Source of the DNA: a virus
DNA length: 64,000 nt
Virus record (IMG/VR): IMGVR_UViG_3300021960_000018
Strand: one strand, 5' to 3'
In this document: positions 49,056 to 59,423 of the stretch, piece after piece
How positions within the stretch are numbered: the first letter of the stretch is position 1
Layout of the letters: the number at the start of each line of letters is the position of its first letter
Notes under the pieces: generated by a model
The model's database searches: none
The model's input: the letters and a program-made list of their open reading frames with translations, nothing else
Told to the model about the DNA's origin: nothing
Made by a program: the position numbers and the translations under genes

Positions 49056-49898
49056 TTAAGAAATATCTAGCAATAATAAGGTTTCGCTCATTGTTTTCAA
49101 ATTAAAACTTGTATTTAATCTTCTAGTCCAATTTCCGTTATATGCATTATCCAATTCAGGTAAAATCAAAAATGTTCTAATTTTTGTATCGCCTTCAAAA
49201 GTATAATAATCAACTTGGATTTTACCATACCACGGAAGCCCCGCCCAGTATTCTGCTAACTGGAAAGTTTTAAGGATATCAGTAGCTCCAGTCTTAAAGT
49301 ATTTAGCCGTATATGAAATAGCCCGTGCGTATGCACCATAATCTGCTAGGTCTCCGGTTTTCCTAGTTTCAACATCTTCATATACATATATTCCATCTTC
49401 AACCTTAATATCATATCCCTGAAACTCTGGTCGCGATCTAGCTGCTTTTAACATCTCTGCTTGAACGTAAGCGTATTTTAACATTTTGCCCTGATCTTCA
49501 GGTTTAATATCGTCAAAGACAGTTCTTTGGGTTTCTCCATTTAGATATGTTCCTAAAGGAATATCTTTAGTCAACATTGTTTGGCCAGAAACTTCTCCAC
49601 CTTCGTGCATCGATACGAATGGATTAAATTGAGTATTGGGAATAAACTTAGATAGTTTAGGGGATGGAGTAAATTCTTTGGATGTTGAAACCCCACTACC
49701 AAGTCGTGTTATACCAGATACAGGCTTTTTTCCCCCGGTTCTAATTAAAGGAAATGAAGGCGGAGAACCTGTAATTGAACTAGCATCTAATGTACCTTCA
49801 CCAATTTGATTTTGTAAAAATAGCGCACTACTTCTATTGTTATCGTTTCTTAAACGGCTAACTACTGCACGTGAATCTAATCTATTTCTTGTAGCCAT
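49056..49898 (-). CDS. hypothetical baseplate/gp5-associated protein
   Basis: Coupled to the gp5 C-terminal ORF and precedes gp25. Confidence 0.6.
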   Translation of the reverse strand: MATRNRLDSRAVVSRLRNDNNRSSALFLQNQIGEGTLDASSITGSPPSFPLIRTGGKKPVSGITRLGSGVSTSKEFTPSPKLSKFIPNTQFNPFVSMHEGGEVSGQTMLTKDIPLGTYLNGETQRTVFDDIKPEDQGKMLKYAYVQAEMLKAARSRPEFQGYDIKVEDGIYVYEDVETRKTGDLADYGAYARAISYTAKYFKTGATDILKTFQLAEYWAGLPWYGKIQVDYYTFEGDTKIRTFLILPELDNAYNGNWTRRLNTSFNLKTMSETLLLLDIS

Positions 49899-51181
49899 TA
49901 TTGTTGTGTCCCTGTAGTAGCATAGGATCTATCGATCGAATTTCGAATATAATTTCCAGGATCAACTTGTACCTGTCTAACACCATTGAGTAATGTTTTT
50001 AGTCTTGCATCAGCAATTGCGGAGGTTGGTAGGAATGTAGCTTTATCATCAAGCTCTACGTCATCTTGTGTCGTATTCGTAATAGACCCAGCCGTACCAC
50101 TGCTACCAAGACTACCTGCAGTAGTAGCTCCAGTTGCCTTATCAGCTAAAGCTGCAGTCGATGCTTTACCGTTCAAATCTCCGTGGAATGTAGTAGCATG
50201 CATACTTATAGCATTTACCCTATCTGCATGAACAGCTTGCGTCTCCAGCGTATCCCCAGCTGTTATGGTATGGCTTGTGTACATATTATAGTTATACATG
50301 ACAATATCACCACCGCCAATCGTACCAGTCGCGCCAATGATTTGCATATTATTCGAGTTAATAGCAACAGAAGGCGAAGACATAAATGCTCTTGTTTGTG
50401 CCGTTAAACCTAGATTTCCACTAGAATAAATTCCACCATTACCATCCACTCTGAGTGTGAGATCGCCTCGTACGGACTGCTGCATGCCTCCTAGGTTGGT
50501 TATAGTTTGGGCTCCGACGTGAGTTGCAGTGGTAGTTCCTCGGACTAATGTATTCGAATTACCCCTAATAGATACGTCTTTTCTACCGCTAATACTTTCT
50601 ACTGCGCTGCCTTCAACAATATTCTGATAACCTGTATTCTTGGTTACGAGTTGTCCCCCGGTATCAAATGTAACATTACCTCTAGAATTAAAATTCAAAT
50701 TACCTGTAGCAACAAAATTTAAATCGCCTTCGACGTCAAAAACAATATTTTTACTAGATATTAAAATGGAACCATCAGCTCTAATTTCCACGCCGCTACC
50801 GTTTACGTGTTTAATTAGAATTCTCTCAGATCCCAATGTATCATTTAATTCAATAACATGACCGCCTTCGGTCTGAGTAACAGAGACTTGACCGTATTGA
50901 GAACCACGTTCAGAATTACATGAAAGATTCTGCCCAGCAATTGAAGAATTGGTTCTTAGTTGTGCACCAGAACCGGTGGTAACATAAGAATTAGTAGTAG
51001 GTTGATTGGCATTTTCAACTCTTGGTAAACCTTCAGACCTAATCAATCTTAGAATTCTGTCATCATATATGTCTGCAGAATCTACAACTCTAGTTTGACG
51101 ATTAATGATATCAAATACCTCATCGTCAGTATAAGTTCTTTGATAATTTGGACCTAATTTAGATAAATCGTCATATGACAT
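49898..51181 (-). CDS. gp5: gp5 C-terminal part (beta-helix spike)
   Basis: TEGGHVIELNDTLGSERILIKHVNGSGVEIRADG, then V-x-G octapeptide beta-helix repeats. Confidence 0.8.
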   Translation of the reverse strand: MSYDDLSKLGPNYQRTYTDDEVFDIINRQTRVVDSADIYDDRILRLIRSEGLPRVENANQPTTNSYVTTGSGAQLRTNSSIAGQNLSCNSERGSQYGQVSVTQTEGGHVIELNDTLGSERILIKHVNGSGVEIRADGSILISSKNIVFDVEGDLNFVATGNLNFNSRGNVTFDTGGQLVTKNTGYQNIVEGSAVESISGRKDVSIRGNSNTLVRGTTTATHVGAQTITNLGGMQQSVRGDLTLRVDGNGGIYSSGNLGLTAQTRAFMSSPSVAINSNNMQIIGATGTIGGGDIVMYNYNMYTSHTITAGDTLETQAVHADRVNAISMHATTFHGDLNGKASTAALADKATGATTAGSLGSSGTAGSITNTTQDDVELDDKATFLPTSAIADARLKTLLNGVRQVQVDPGNYIRNSIDRSYATTGTQQ

Positions 51182-51191
51182 TTTCTATTCC

Positions 51192-53075
51192 TTAATACAT
51201 ATCTACTAGCCACTGGGGAGGCGCTCCATGTGGACTTGACTGTCCCCAAGTAGCAGGAGATACCTGTTTTACTGTAGTTCTTCCAGCAGCAATATCAAAA
51301 TGGAAATGATCACCGCCCATATAAAGTCTTCTATTAGGTATAGCTGGGTTAGCTACCCCAACGGAAGGTTGGAATCCTTCCGATTTGGATTTAGCAATAA
51401 ACAACCTGCAGAAGTTTTGAATAATTTCTAAATCCTCTGGATGATTGGCATCAGCAACATGAAGTTTTCTACCACCTTGTCCAAGAATGGCAGTGTCAGA
51501 TGCCCAGCCCTCATAATGTCTTCCAGAACCGATTGAAGCTCGTCTTACTCCTGAAGTAGTTTGAAGACCGGTAACTCCCTGAGTATTTGCTGCAGCATAT
51601 TCAAGAATAGCAATAAGATCCGGCTGTAGGTTTTTAGCCAACCCTGGTTGACCGTAGGCTGCTACTCTAGGAACAACACCTTGTCCGGGTACATATGTTC
51701 CAGCATCACCGCCTGCACCACTAATGCAATTATTAACTGTACCCGGATTAAATCCAATTTGTTTAGGAGCTGATGGTGATCGTGTTTCAATATTAGAAAG
51801 CTGCGCTGACTCTATAAATTGGGCGCCAGGGATAATTCTATAAACGGCTTTAGTAATATGCTTATATGAAATTGACTGTGGTATGTTAATTCCGGAAGTT
51901 CCTACAAATGCTATAGTTACAACTTCGGTTCCACTAATTCCGGAAGTCGAAGATCCAGCAGTGTTTATAGGTCTTCCCTTTTGTACAATACCGTCTCTTC
52001 TAATAATAAAGTGATATTGATTACCGTCGTATCCTGCCTGATTATGGATTTGGTTGAATTCATCGGACGAAAGATCTTTCTCTGTTCCAGTAGACTGAAG
52101 AATAAACGTGCTAATGGTTCTTGTTGATCCGGCAATAATAGCTTCAAATTCTTCAGAAGTTCCTACATATTCAAATTTATGTTGGAGAGTGCCAAAGGTT
52201 TTATCACCAGAATTAATAGAAGAAGCAGTATGGCCTCTCCCCCCGATAACAACATTTGGATCTAGTTCAATCTTTTTCAATTCGGTAATAATTTCAGAAA
52301 TATCCGTTAATCCAGTAGGATAACTCTGTACAATTTTCGCCGCCGCGTCCAAATTACCTGAATAGATATTAGATAAAATACTTGCTTTTACTTTTTTGGG
52401 AACCCTGTTCGCATCTAATACTAATTGTAGTCTTTCCTGAATATCAGGATCAATATCAATTGCAATATTATCGATTATGGCTGGACCTACTGGTAAAACT
52501 AATGAATCTAAAACCCCTGCAGTATTTTCCAAAACGTTTTTAATTTTAGGTGTAGTAATGGCCGATTCATCAAACTCTTTTAATCCGTCTAGAACCTGAC
52601 CGGATACTCCCTTTGGTGAAATCTTTTTTAAAATAGGTTCTAATTCTTGAGATGATTTACCGGTTAAGTTTCCTAGGACATTATTAATTGCTTGAGGAGT
52701 AGCCATTGTTACTACTTCATGTAAAAAATTGGGCTTAGCGGTACCAGCCCCATCAATAGTTCCTTCTAATGCATTTAGACCAGATTGCAATCCACTAGGA
52801 ATTGGATCTACGAGATCATCGTATAACCCCGGGATTTTATCCGTAAGTACTGCAAAAGGTTGCTGGAAGACTTGTGGTGTTAAACCATTCTGTGATAAAT
52901 TCTCAGTAATAGTAGTAATCCCAGCGATCGTTTGTCCGGAACTTTGACCGAATTCACTATTTCTTACCGCCTGGGCCAATTTAGGTAATGGTGCAGTAAT
53001 ACCAACCGAGGAAGAAACAACCCCGTTTGCAATACTTTTCATTGCTGAACTAAGTGATTTAATAGATACTACCAT
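51192..53075 (-). CDS. gp5-region protein: degenerate amidase_2-like domain plus M15-like Zn peptidase
   Basis: QYHFIIRRDGIVQKGRP (T7-lysozyme-like, first Zn His replaced: ILQST); C-terminal TSGVR...RHYEGWASD...HFHFD. Confidence 0.7.
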   Translation of the reverse strand: MVVSIKSLSSAMKSIANGVVSSSVGITAPLPKLAQAVRNSEFGQSSGQTIAGITTITENLSQNGLTPQVFQQPFAVLTDKIPGLYDDLVDPIPSGLQSGLNALEGTIDGAGTAKPNFLHEVVTMATPQAINNVLGNLTGKSSQELEPILKKISPKGVSGQVLDGLKEFDESAITTPKIKNVLENTAGVLDSLVLPVGPAIIDNIAIDIDPDIQERLQLVLDANRVPKKVKASILSNIYSGNLDAAAKIVQSYPTGLTDISEIITELKKIELDPNVVIGGRGHTASSINSGDKTFGTLQHKFEYVGTSEEFEAIIAGSTRTISTFILQSTGTEKDLSSDEFNQIHNQAGYDGNQYHFIIRRDGIVQKGRPINTAGSSTSGISGTEVVTIAFVGTSGINIPQSISYKHITKAVYRIIPGAQFIESAQLSNIETRSPSAPKQIGFNPGTVNNCISGAGGDAGTYVPGQGVVPRVAAYGQPGLAKNLQPDLIAILEYAAANTQGVTGLQTTSGVRRASIGSGRHYEGWASDTAILGQGGRKLHVADANHPEDLEIIQNFCRLFIAKSKSEGFQPSVGVANPAIPNRRLYMGGDHFHFDIAAGRTTVKQVSPATWGQSSPHGAPPQWLVDMY

Positions 53076-53077
53076 TA

Positions 53078-53911
53078 TTAACTCCAGTTAGTTACGGCTC
53101 TTGCGCCGTTAAGACCCTGCCTATAATGAGCAGGATCGCTTGGTCTATTTCTACTATCCCGTCTTGCTCCGTAAACGGCATCATAGCCATACCACGGACT
53201 CCAACCACCAGTAGCAGCTTGATCTAATGCGAATCTGATCTGATTTCGAATACCTTCTCTAGTGTTATCAGTAACGAGATCCCGCCCGGTCGATCTTTCG
53301 TATGTATTTCCCAATCCTGCACCTGTAAACAATTGATAAGGGCCAAAGGAAGCTTCTCTTCCATTTAATGAACCATTCCCAGATCTAGCAATAGTTGATT
53401 GGTACGATCCAGCGCCTTCAGCTCTAAATACTGCAATAGCAACTTGGGGATCTATATTTCTAAGAGTTGCTTCTTCCGTAATCCACTGTTCTATTTCGCC
53501 CTGACTTAAATCATCCGGATATCCTCCAGCGATTCTATTTGGATTAGATACTGGTATTCCGGTTTGACTCTGTTGATTACTTCCGGAAGTTCCGGCAGCA
53601 CGTGAATAGGGGCTAAGAGATATATCCCCTTCCACCCCTGGAACCGATCCCCAAATAATTGGATTTTGTTTTAAGTATCCATCTAAAAAGAATCCGATCA
53701 CCCTAGCGCCAGGTTTTAATTGGGCATTCTGACCAATTCCAGAAACTCCACCTTCAGTTGTTGGCACAATTACTGAAGCCCAGGGGAGTTCTTCATCCTG
53801 AATATCCTGGCCGTGAACCCCCTGGATTCTAACTGTAGCTCTGCCTAATTGTAATGGATCGTTAGCAGTATTAATTACTACGCCATACCACCAGATAAAA
53901 TTTCCACTCAT
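53078..53911 (-). CDS. gp5: gp5 N-terminal OB fold fused to a lysozyme/transglycosylase-like domain
   Basis: WWYGVV..DPLQLGR..VRIQGVH..LPWA...VIGFFLDG..QNPIIWGS; then RAEG...GPYQL...GWSPW. Confidence 0.82.
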   Translation of the reverse strand: MSGNFIWWYGVVINTANDPLQLGRATVRIQGVHGQDIQDEELPWASVIVPTTEGGVSGIGQNAQLKPGARVIGFFLDGYLKQNPIIWGSVPGVEGDISLSPYSRAAGTSGSNQQSQTGIPVSNPNRIAGGYPDDLSQGEIEQWITEEATLRNIDPQVAIAVFRAEGAGSYQSTIARSGNGSLNGREASFGPYQLFTGAGLGNTYERSTGRDLVTDNTREGIRNQIRFALDQAATGGWSPWYGYDAVYGARRDSRNRPSDPAHYRQGLNGARAVTNWS

Positions 53912-55254
53912 GGTCCTACTGTCTCCGGATCTACGTTCGAACCGCTAGAGAATTTTGTACATGTCAAATATACATCATACCGATTGCGATTGAAATGGTG
54001 TCGACAATGCGTAATAATATGTTCACCCGACATTTTTTTATCTATAGTAGTTTCTGGACCAGAATTATCAACATCAGCATCTACATAGTTGTTATAGAAA
54101 ACTAATGGTATAACATGACCGATACTTTTACCCTTTTGATCCTTAGGCCAGAAATGATATCCTGGGATTTTAACATCAATAGGATCTTTAGAAAGTAACG
54201 ATCTAAATGCATGAGAGGTGGATCTTCTATTGTATCCATCTTGATCATCTACGTCATTAATATTAAACTCGTAATCACTATAAAGATTACTTAGATAAGG
54301 ATAAACAATTCTGGCACTTTTTTTATTATGCATTCCATCAAAAGCTAATTCATCGTATAAAACTGTTTGTTGATTTCGCGGTAAATGCTTTTGTAATAAA
54401 GGAATCTTTTCAACAATAGAATGATGTTTATCATTTGTAGAAAATTGATTTAAATTTAAGAATGTCCAATCAGAACCAATTGCACCGTTTTCAGATTGTC
54501 TTAAAATGTTTACTGAATTATAATGGTTGTAATCTTCAATAATTCTAGAAGAAATATTTAATGAAATAGCATCCTGCTTACCAGTTTTTTGCTGTCTAAA
54601 AGTAAATCCGATTTTACCATGTGGGCGATCTTCGAGGATTTCCCCCAATGATTTTAGTACAAGTTTATCGGATCCTAATTCTGAATAGCAATAGTAAGGA
54701 AGTCCATCCTCATCAGTGCAGACCAAGGAAATATTTTCTACGGCTTCTAAAGGTGGGATATTCGGGGTAATATATCTAAACCTAGACTGCACTGGATTAG
54801 ATAATACATCTAACGTTTTTTCTAATTTAGAATCTGATAGAATCTGGGAAATCATTTCATGCGGTTGACCCACATAAGATTTATTACTAAGTTCTATAGC
54901 GCTCTTAAAATAGATATCTTCTACTAATTGTAGGACATATACCGCAGAGGCATCAGTACCTTTTCTTGATTCGTTAATTTGAATAACCACAAAATTTTTA
55001 TGGAATTCATTTTCTTCATCAACCCCGTTATTAATTCTGATTTCAAGCTTTTCAGTACCCTGCCAATTTACAATCTCGTTAATATTGACGGTATCAGCAA
55101 TAATAATTTCACCAGTAAGATAGTTAGAAGATATGGATTCATAGATATTCAATTCTAAAATAGCGTCAATTAAATTCAATTCACCACCTCGATCAGCTGT
55201 TAATCGGGCGGTTTCATATTTAAAAGTATAAGGCGTCTGAACGAATTCTGCCAT
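53908..55254 (-). CDS. baseplate hub protein, gp27-like
   Basis: LNIYESI..LTGEI.IAD...GTEK; C-terminal DKKMSGEHIIT..RHHF; lies between gp53 and gp5. Confidence 0.65.
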   Translation of the reverse strand: MAEFVQTPYTFKYETARLTADRGGELNLIDAILELNIYESISSNYLTGEIIIADTVNINEIVNWQGTEKLEIRINNGVDEENEFHKNFVVIQINESRKGTDASAVYVLQLVEDIYFKSAIELSNKSYVGQPHEMISQILSDSKLEKTLDVLSNPVQSRFRYITPNIPPLEAVENISLVCTDEDGLPYYCYSELGSDKLVLKSLGEILEDRPHGKIGFTFRQQKTGKQDAISLNISSRIIEDYNHYNSVNILRQSENGAIGSDWTFLNLNQFSTNDKHHSIVEKIPLLQKHLPRNQQTVLYDELAFDGMHNKKSARIVYPYLSNLYSDYEFNINDVDDQDGYNRRSTSHAFRSLLSKDPIDVKIPGYHFWPKDQKGKSIGHVIPLVFYNNYVDADVDNSGPETTIDKKMSGEHIITHCRHHFNRNRYDVYLTCTKFSSGSNVDPETVGP

Positions 55255-55256
55255 TA

Positions 55257-55970
55257 TTATTCTCTCATAATTTTCTTAAATTGAGCTACCAACTGAGAAA
55301 TATTAGATGGCTTTAATATAATCATATTGCGATGATCTTCGTTATTATTTTCCATGTAATTAGCATAAGAAACCTTAGTTAGCAATTCGCCGGGACCTGT
55401 AAATGGATCGATATCTGTCTGTACTTCATCGGCATCTACATAATAAATTGCTGCTTCTCTTTCAGATGAATATGAGTGCAATGTAATAAATTCCCCATTA
55501 GCATCTTCTAAAAGCTCACCGGCAGTAAATGTTTTTGTACCAGAAATCCAGATCTGACCTAAATCAAGATTACGTTTAATAACAGTTCCAGTGGTTTCAG
55601 ATGATAATCCCGTAATGGTTTGACCGACTTTGAATTTATTGTGAATTGCATCATGAGTAACTAATACCGTATTTGGAAAGTTTTCGTTAATCTTTTTTTC
55701 AAGATTAGAATGATCAAGCGGCCAACCTTGTTCCCGGATATGGTCGTTTAAAAGATAGAAGGTCCAATGATAATCTGGTGTACCGTATAATTCATATGAG
55801 ACGTGATCTGGTCTCATACCTTCCTTAATATAGTATTTGCTATAAAATACATTTGACTTTTTTACTTCATCAAGAATATTAGAATAAGCTGCAAGATTTG
55901 GAAATAAAACATCATATGTCTCATTTCCAAATTTATAATTAACTGTTGGGAAATTAGGAAAATAAGGCAT
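55257..55970 (-). CDS. gp53: baseplate wedge subunit
   Basis: YFPNFPTVNY, RPDHVSYELYGTPDYHW, WP. Confidence 0.9.
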   Translation of the reverse strand: MPYFPNFPTVNYKFGNETYDVLFPNLAAYSNILDEVKKSNVFYSKYYIKEGMRPDHVSYELYGTPDYHWTFYLLNDHIREQGWPLDHSNLEKKINENFPNTVLVTHDAIHNKFKVGQTITGLSSETTGTVIKRNLDLGQIWISGTKTFTAGELLEDANGEFITLHSYSSEREAAIYYVDADEVQTDIDPFTGPGELLTKVSYANYMENNNEDHRNMIILKPSNISQLVAQFKKIMRE

Positions 55971-56827
55971 TAGAATCCATCCGCAATATCTTGTTGATCC
56001 AAAGTTTCTGCTTCTGAGAAACTAATAGTGATAGTTGTTTCTACTGGTGCACCGCCACTGTGATACATTTGAGATCCTGGATTATATGAGGTACTAGCAT
56101 TAATTAAAAAAGCCGGTTTAAACTTAATTACGTGCTGAGAATCAGTTTGATCTGGACCTGGATCAATTCTGATTATCCACTTAGGAGGATATTTCACAGT
56201 AATACTATCGGTGGTTCTTTCAGGATAAACTCCTGCGCGGAAAGCTTTAACAATAGAAGCAACTTCATCAGCCTCTTCTTTACTTTGAGGGATCATTTGG
56301 AATTGGAACGTGAAACCTCTAATGTTTACGCCCTGGAACAATGATTTAGTATTTGGGTTAAAGATACGTCCAACCCCAAAGTTAATGCCATTTTGAACGC
56401 CTAAACCCCCGATTGCTGCTCCAGGAGCTCCCGATCCAAATATTTGACCAATCGCATTACCTACCAATGAAGCTCCTGAAGTTACAAGACCTCTTGCAAG
56501 CATTGATCTTACGTCTTCTGATGTAATATTCTGCACGGTAGCTGCTAAATCTTCTCCTGCTGTTCCTCTGGCAAATGCCCCGGCGGCTGCCCCAATTAAA
56601 CCAAGATCAGTATTCGAATAAGAAGCGCCATCTGGAAAAACTAGACCCTGAGGAACATACATAGTAATACTATCGCCATCAGCCACTAATCTTCTTCCAG
56701 TACCAGGATCGCTTGCTAGCCCAATGGCCCTCGACGCCGACCTATTTGGCAAAGCCCGAGTTCTAGTGAAGGTAATTCTAGAGTTACCTAAATTATCTTC
56801 ATTGAAATGTAGCGGAAAAGATGGCAT
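55970..56827 (-). CDS. gp48: baseplate tail tube cap
   Basis: NPNTKSLFQGVNIRGFTFQFQMIPQS.EEA..V.SIVKAFR, G.PVET.I..SFSE; likely start MPSF. Confidence 0.85.
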   Translation of the reverse strand: MPSFPLHFNEDNLGNSRITFTRTRALPNRSASRAIGLASDPGTGRRLVADGDSITMYVPQGLVFPDGASYSNTDLGLIGAAAGAFARGTAGEDLAATVQNITSEDVRSMLARGLVTSGASLVGNAIGQIFGSGAPGAAIGGLGVQNGINFGVGRIFNPNTKSLFQGVNIRGFTFQFQMIPQSKEEADEVASIVKAFRAGVYPERTTDSITVKYPPKWIIRIDPGPDQTDSQHVIKFKPAFLINASTSYNPGSQMYHSGGAPVETTITISFSEAETLDQQDIADGF

Positions 56828-56837
56828 TATTTTATCC

Positions 56838-56870
56838 AATAAATAGTTAAAATCTTTCTAATTATTTATG
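56838..56870. promoter_or_regulatory. divergent late promoter variants
   Basis: AATAAATA (+, 56838-45) toward gp4 and CATAAATA (-, 56870-63) toward gp48. Confidence 0.6.
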
Positions 56871-56879
56871 TACAAATTT

Positions 56880-57374
56880 ATGGCTTATTCAGGTATATAC
56901 ACGTTAAAAAATAAACAGAAGTACAAAGGCAATCCGAATGGTATTGTCTATCGATCCCTATGGGAAAAGCAATGCTTTATGTGGTGCGATACGAATAGCA
57001 GTGTTAAGTCCTGGGTTAGTGAAGAGGTTGTTATTCCGTATTTCTATGATGTCGATAAACGCTATCACAGATACTTTGTCGATTTACTTATACAGTTTGA
57101 AGATAAAACTGTTTTAGTAGAAATTAAACCAAAGAAAGAAACTCTACCCCCGGAATTCAAAGGCAGACGTACTAAACGTTATCTTGAAGAATCTTTTACC
57201 TTTGTCAAGAATCAAAACAAATGGGCAGCTGCAAAAGAATATGCGGAAGATCGTGGATGGAAGTTTGAAGTGTGGACAGAAGATACATTAAGAGCTATAG
57301 GTATTATGAAACAGCAAAAACTTCCAGCGTTAAAACCTCTGAAAAATAACATAAATAAAAGGAAGAAGTCTTAG
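56880..57374 (+). CDS. gp4: head completion nuclease
   Basis: MAYSG...KYKGNP..IVYRSLWE, WVSEE..IPY, HRYFVD, VEIKP, NQNKW.AA, TE. Confidence 0.93.
   Translation: MAYSGIYTLKNKQKYKGNPNGIVYRSLWEKQCFMWCDTNSSVKSWVSEEVVIPYFYDVDKRYHRYFVDLLIQFEDKTVLVEIKPKKETLPPEFKGRRTKRYLEESFTFVKNQNKWAAAKEYAEDRGWKFEVWTEDTLRAIGIMKQQKLPALKPLKNNINKRKKS
57350..57357 (+). promoter_or_regulatory. late promoter variant CATAAATA
   Basis: 27 bp upstream of the gp2 start. Confidence 0.5.
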
Positions 57375-57383
57375 GAATTATAA

Positions 57384-57968
57384 ATGGATAATATCTTCCA
57401 ACAGTTAGAGTTAGAAGCCTTTCGAAAAGGTATTCAACCTCGCACCAAGCAATCTATCGAATGGTTTCGTAAGAAAGCCGGTGCCATGACTGGTTTTAGT
57501 AATGAATCTTTAATGCGGCAAGATCCTTTGAAGCAGGTTAGTTCTTTTAAACCTGGTTCAATGTATATGTATTTTTATGATCCTAAACACAAAGACACAT
57601 TGCCATATTATGATACGTTTCCTCTTGTAGTTCTGGTAGGTCCAGCACCTGGTGGGTTCCATGGTTTGAATTTACATTATCTTCCACCGACCCTACGCGC
57701 TAAAATGCTCGATGGATTGATGGATAACATAAACAATAAAAAGTTCGATGAGACAACACGTATGGCCGCAAATTATGAGCTGCTACAAGGATCTAGCAAG
57801 TTGAAGTACTTTAAGCCCTGCTTTAAACACTATTTAAGTAACCAAGTAAAAAGTAGGTTCGCGTACGTGCCGCCGCCCGAGTGGGAGATCGCAACTTTCT
57901 TACCGACCGCACAGTTTAAGAAAGCTTCGGAGAGTAAGGTATATAGAGATTCTAGGAGAGCAGTCTAA
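57384..57968 (+). CDS. gp2: DNA end protector
   Basis: YDPKHKDTLPYYDTFPL, GLNLHYLPP, KPCFKHYL, FLPTAQF. Confidence 0.93.
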   Translation: MDNIFQQLELEAFRKGIQPRTKQSIEWFRKKAGAMTGFSNESLMRQDPLKQVSSFKPGSMYMYFYDPKHKDTLPYYDTFPLVVLVGPAPGGFHGLNLHYLPPTLRAKMLDGLMDNINNKKFDETTRMAANYELLQGSSKLKYFKPCFKHYLSNQVKSRFAYVPPPEWEIATFLPTAQFKKASESKVYRDSRRAV

Positions 57969-58546
57969 TGCCAACATTTAGTGTAGATACTTTATTGGCG
58001 CAAGCGAAAGCAGATGGTGGTTTCGCTAAACAAAACCGATTTATGATTAACTTACCTAATCTTGCGTTTGGGACTCTTATTCCAGGAACCAATACGACTT
58101 CTGCACTTTTTGATCAAAACGCCGAACAAGTCGCAAATATATTTTCAATATATTGTCGTGCAACAAATATGCCAGGTAAACAGATTTTAAGTGTTGATCG
58201 TCGTGTCGGCCTAACCTATAATAAAATTGCATACGGGTATGCCTCTGATGATGTCGGATTAAGTTTCCAATTAACTGAAAACTATTTTATTAAATCTTAT
58301 TTTGAAGCTTGGCAACAGTCAGCCGTTGTGTCTAATGGTCCCGGCGCGCATTTCCCCAAATTTAGAGACGAATACGTTCAAGATGTTTCTATCATCCAAC
58401 TAGGAATGGATGGAGAGAGGAAACATAAAATTAAACTTTTAAAGGCTTATCCAACCACTGTCAATGCTATTCAATTTAATGACGCTAGTGGTGAGCCTAC
58501 TGAATTGAGTGTACAATTATCATATAAGAGATGGATTGAAGAATGA
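57968..58546 (+). CDS. gp54: tail tube initiator (gp54/gp19 family)
   Basis: GGFAKQNRF, CRATNMPG, FEAWQ, AYPTTVNAI, LSVQLSYKRW. Confidence 0.72.
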   Translation: MPTFSVDTLLAQAKADGGFAKQNRFMINLPNLAFGTLIPGTNTTSALFDQNAEQVANIFSIYCRATNMPGKQILSVDRRVGLTYNKIAYGYASDDVGLSFQLTENYFIKSYFEAWQQSAVVSNGPGAHFPKFRDEYVQDVSIIQLGMDGERKHKIKLLKAYPTTVNAIQFNDASGEPTELSVQLSYKRWIEE

Positions 58547-59250
58547 TTCCTACGTTAAACGATACCCCAAAATATGACTTAGTTATTCCTTCAACGGGTA
58601 AGGAGATTCGTTTCCGGCCCTATAAGGTAAAAGAAGAAAAAGTGCTTCTAACAGCTTTTCAGTCGGAAGACAAAAAGCATGGATATAAAGCAATCGCTGA
58701 AACAGTACAAGCTTGTATTGGCGATCAAGCGGATATTAGTAAACTGACAATGTACGATCTTGAATATATGTTTACTAAGATTCGTTCTAAATCGTCAGGA
58801 GAAGAAGCAAATCTAAAAGTAAAATGTTCTAAGTGCAATACCTCAAATGAAGTATCTGTAAATATAGATTCGGTAATTAGTGAACAAAAAGAGGCTAATA
58901 AAAAAATTAAATTAGACGAGAGCATCTCAGTAGAATTAAAAATCCCATCATTTTTACAATTGATCGATGATGAAGATCTAATGAATACAGTACAACGTCA
59001 TGAAAAGGTAATTAAAACTATTGCGCATTCAATCAAATTAATATACACCAGTGATGAAGTTATTGATGTATCAGAGGAGAAATTTGAAGATGTTGTTAAC
59101 TTCGTAGAATCTTTAAATGAACAACAGTTTAAAGAGATTCATAAGTTTGTCGAGGATCGCCCTAAATTAATTTATAATATTGATTTTAGATGTATCTCGT
59201 GTTCGCACGATAATCATTACGAAGTGAAAGAAGCTAAACATTTTTTTTAA
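58543..59250 (+). CDS. gp26: baseplate hub assembly protein
   Basis: PKYDLVIPSTGKEIRFRPY.VKEEK, DLEYMF.KIRSKS.GE, two CxxC, ends HFF. Confidence 0.85.
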   Translation: MIPTLNDTPKYDLVIPSTGKEIRFRPYKVKEEKVLLTAFQSEDKKHGYKAIAETVQACIGDQADISKLTMYDLEYMFTKIRSKSSGEEANLKVKCSKCNTSNEVSVNIDSVISEQKEANKKIKLDESISVELKIPSFLQLIDDEDLMNTVQRHEKVIKTIAHSIKLIYTSDEVIDVSEEKFEDVVNFVESLNEQQFKEIHKFVEDRPKLIYNIDFRCISCSHDNHYEVKEAKHFF

Positions 59251-59423
59251 TTTGGTCAAGTAATGATAATCTCCTCAATCATTATAAGACCAATTTCGCA
59301 TTAATGCAGCACCACAAATACAGTCTAACTGAACTGGATAATATGCTACCCTATGAAAGAGACATTTATGTCGGCTTGCTATTACAGCATCTAGAAGAGA
59401 AAAAAGCAAAGGCTAACAAATGA
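59247..59423 (+). CDS. gp51: gp51-like hub assembly chaperone; -1 frame extension of gp26 (first ATG only at 59304)
   Basis: Not in the track: LIWSSNDNLLNHYKTNFALMQHHKYSLTELDNMLPYERDIYVGLLLQHLEE. Confidence 0.8.
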   Translation, partial: LIWSSNDNLLNHYKTNFALMQHHKYSLTELDNMLPYERDIYVGLLLQHLEEKKAKANK

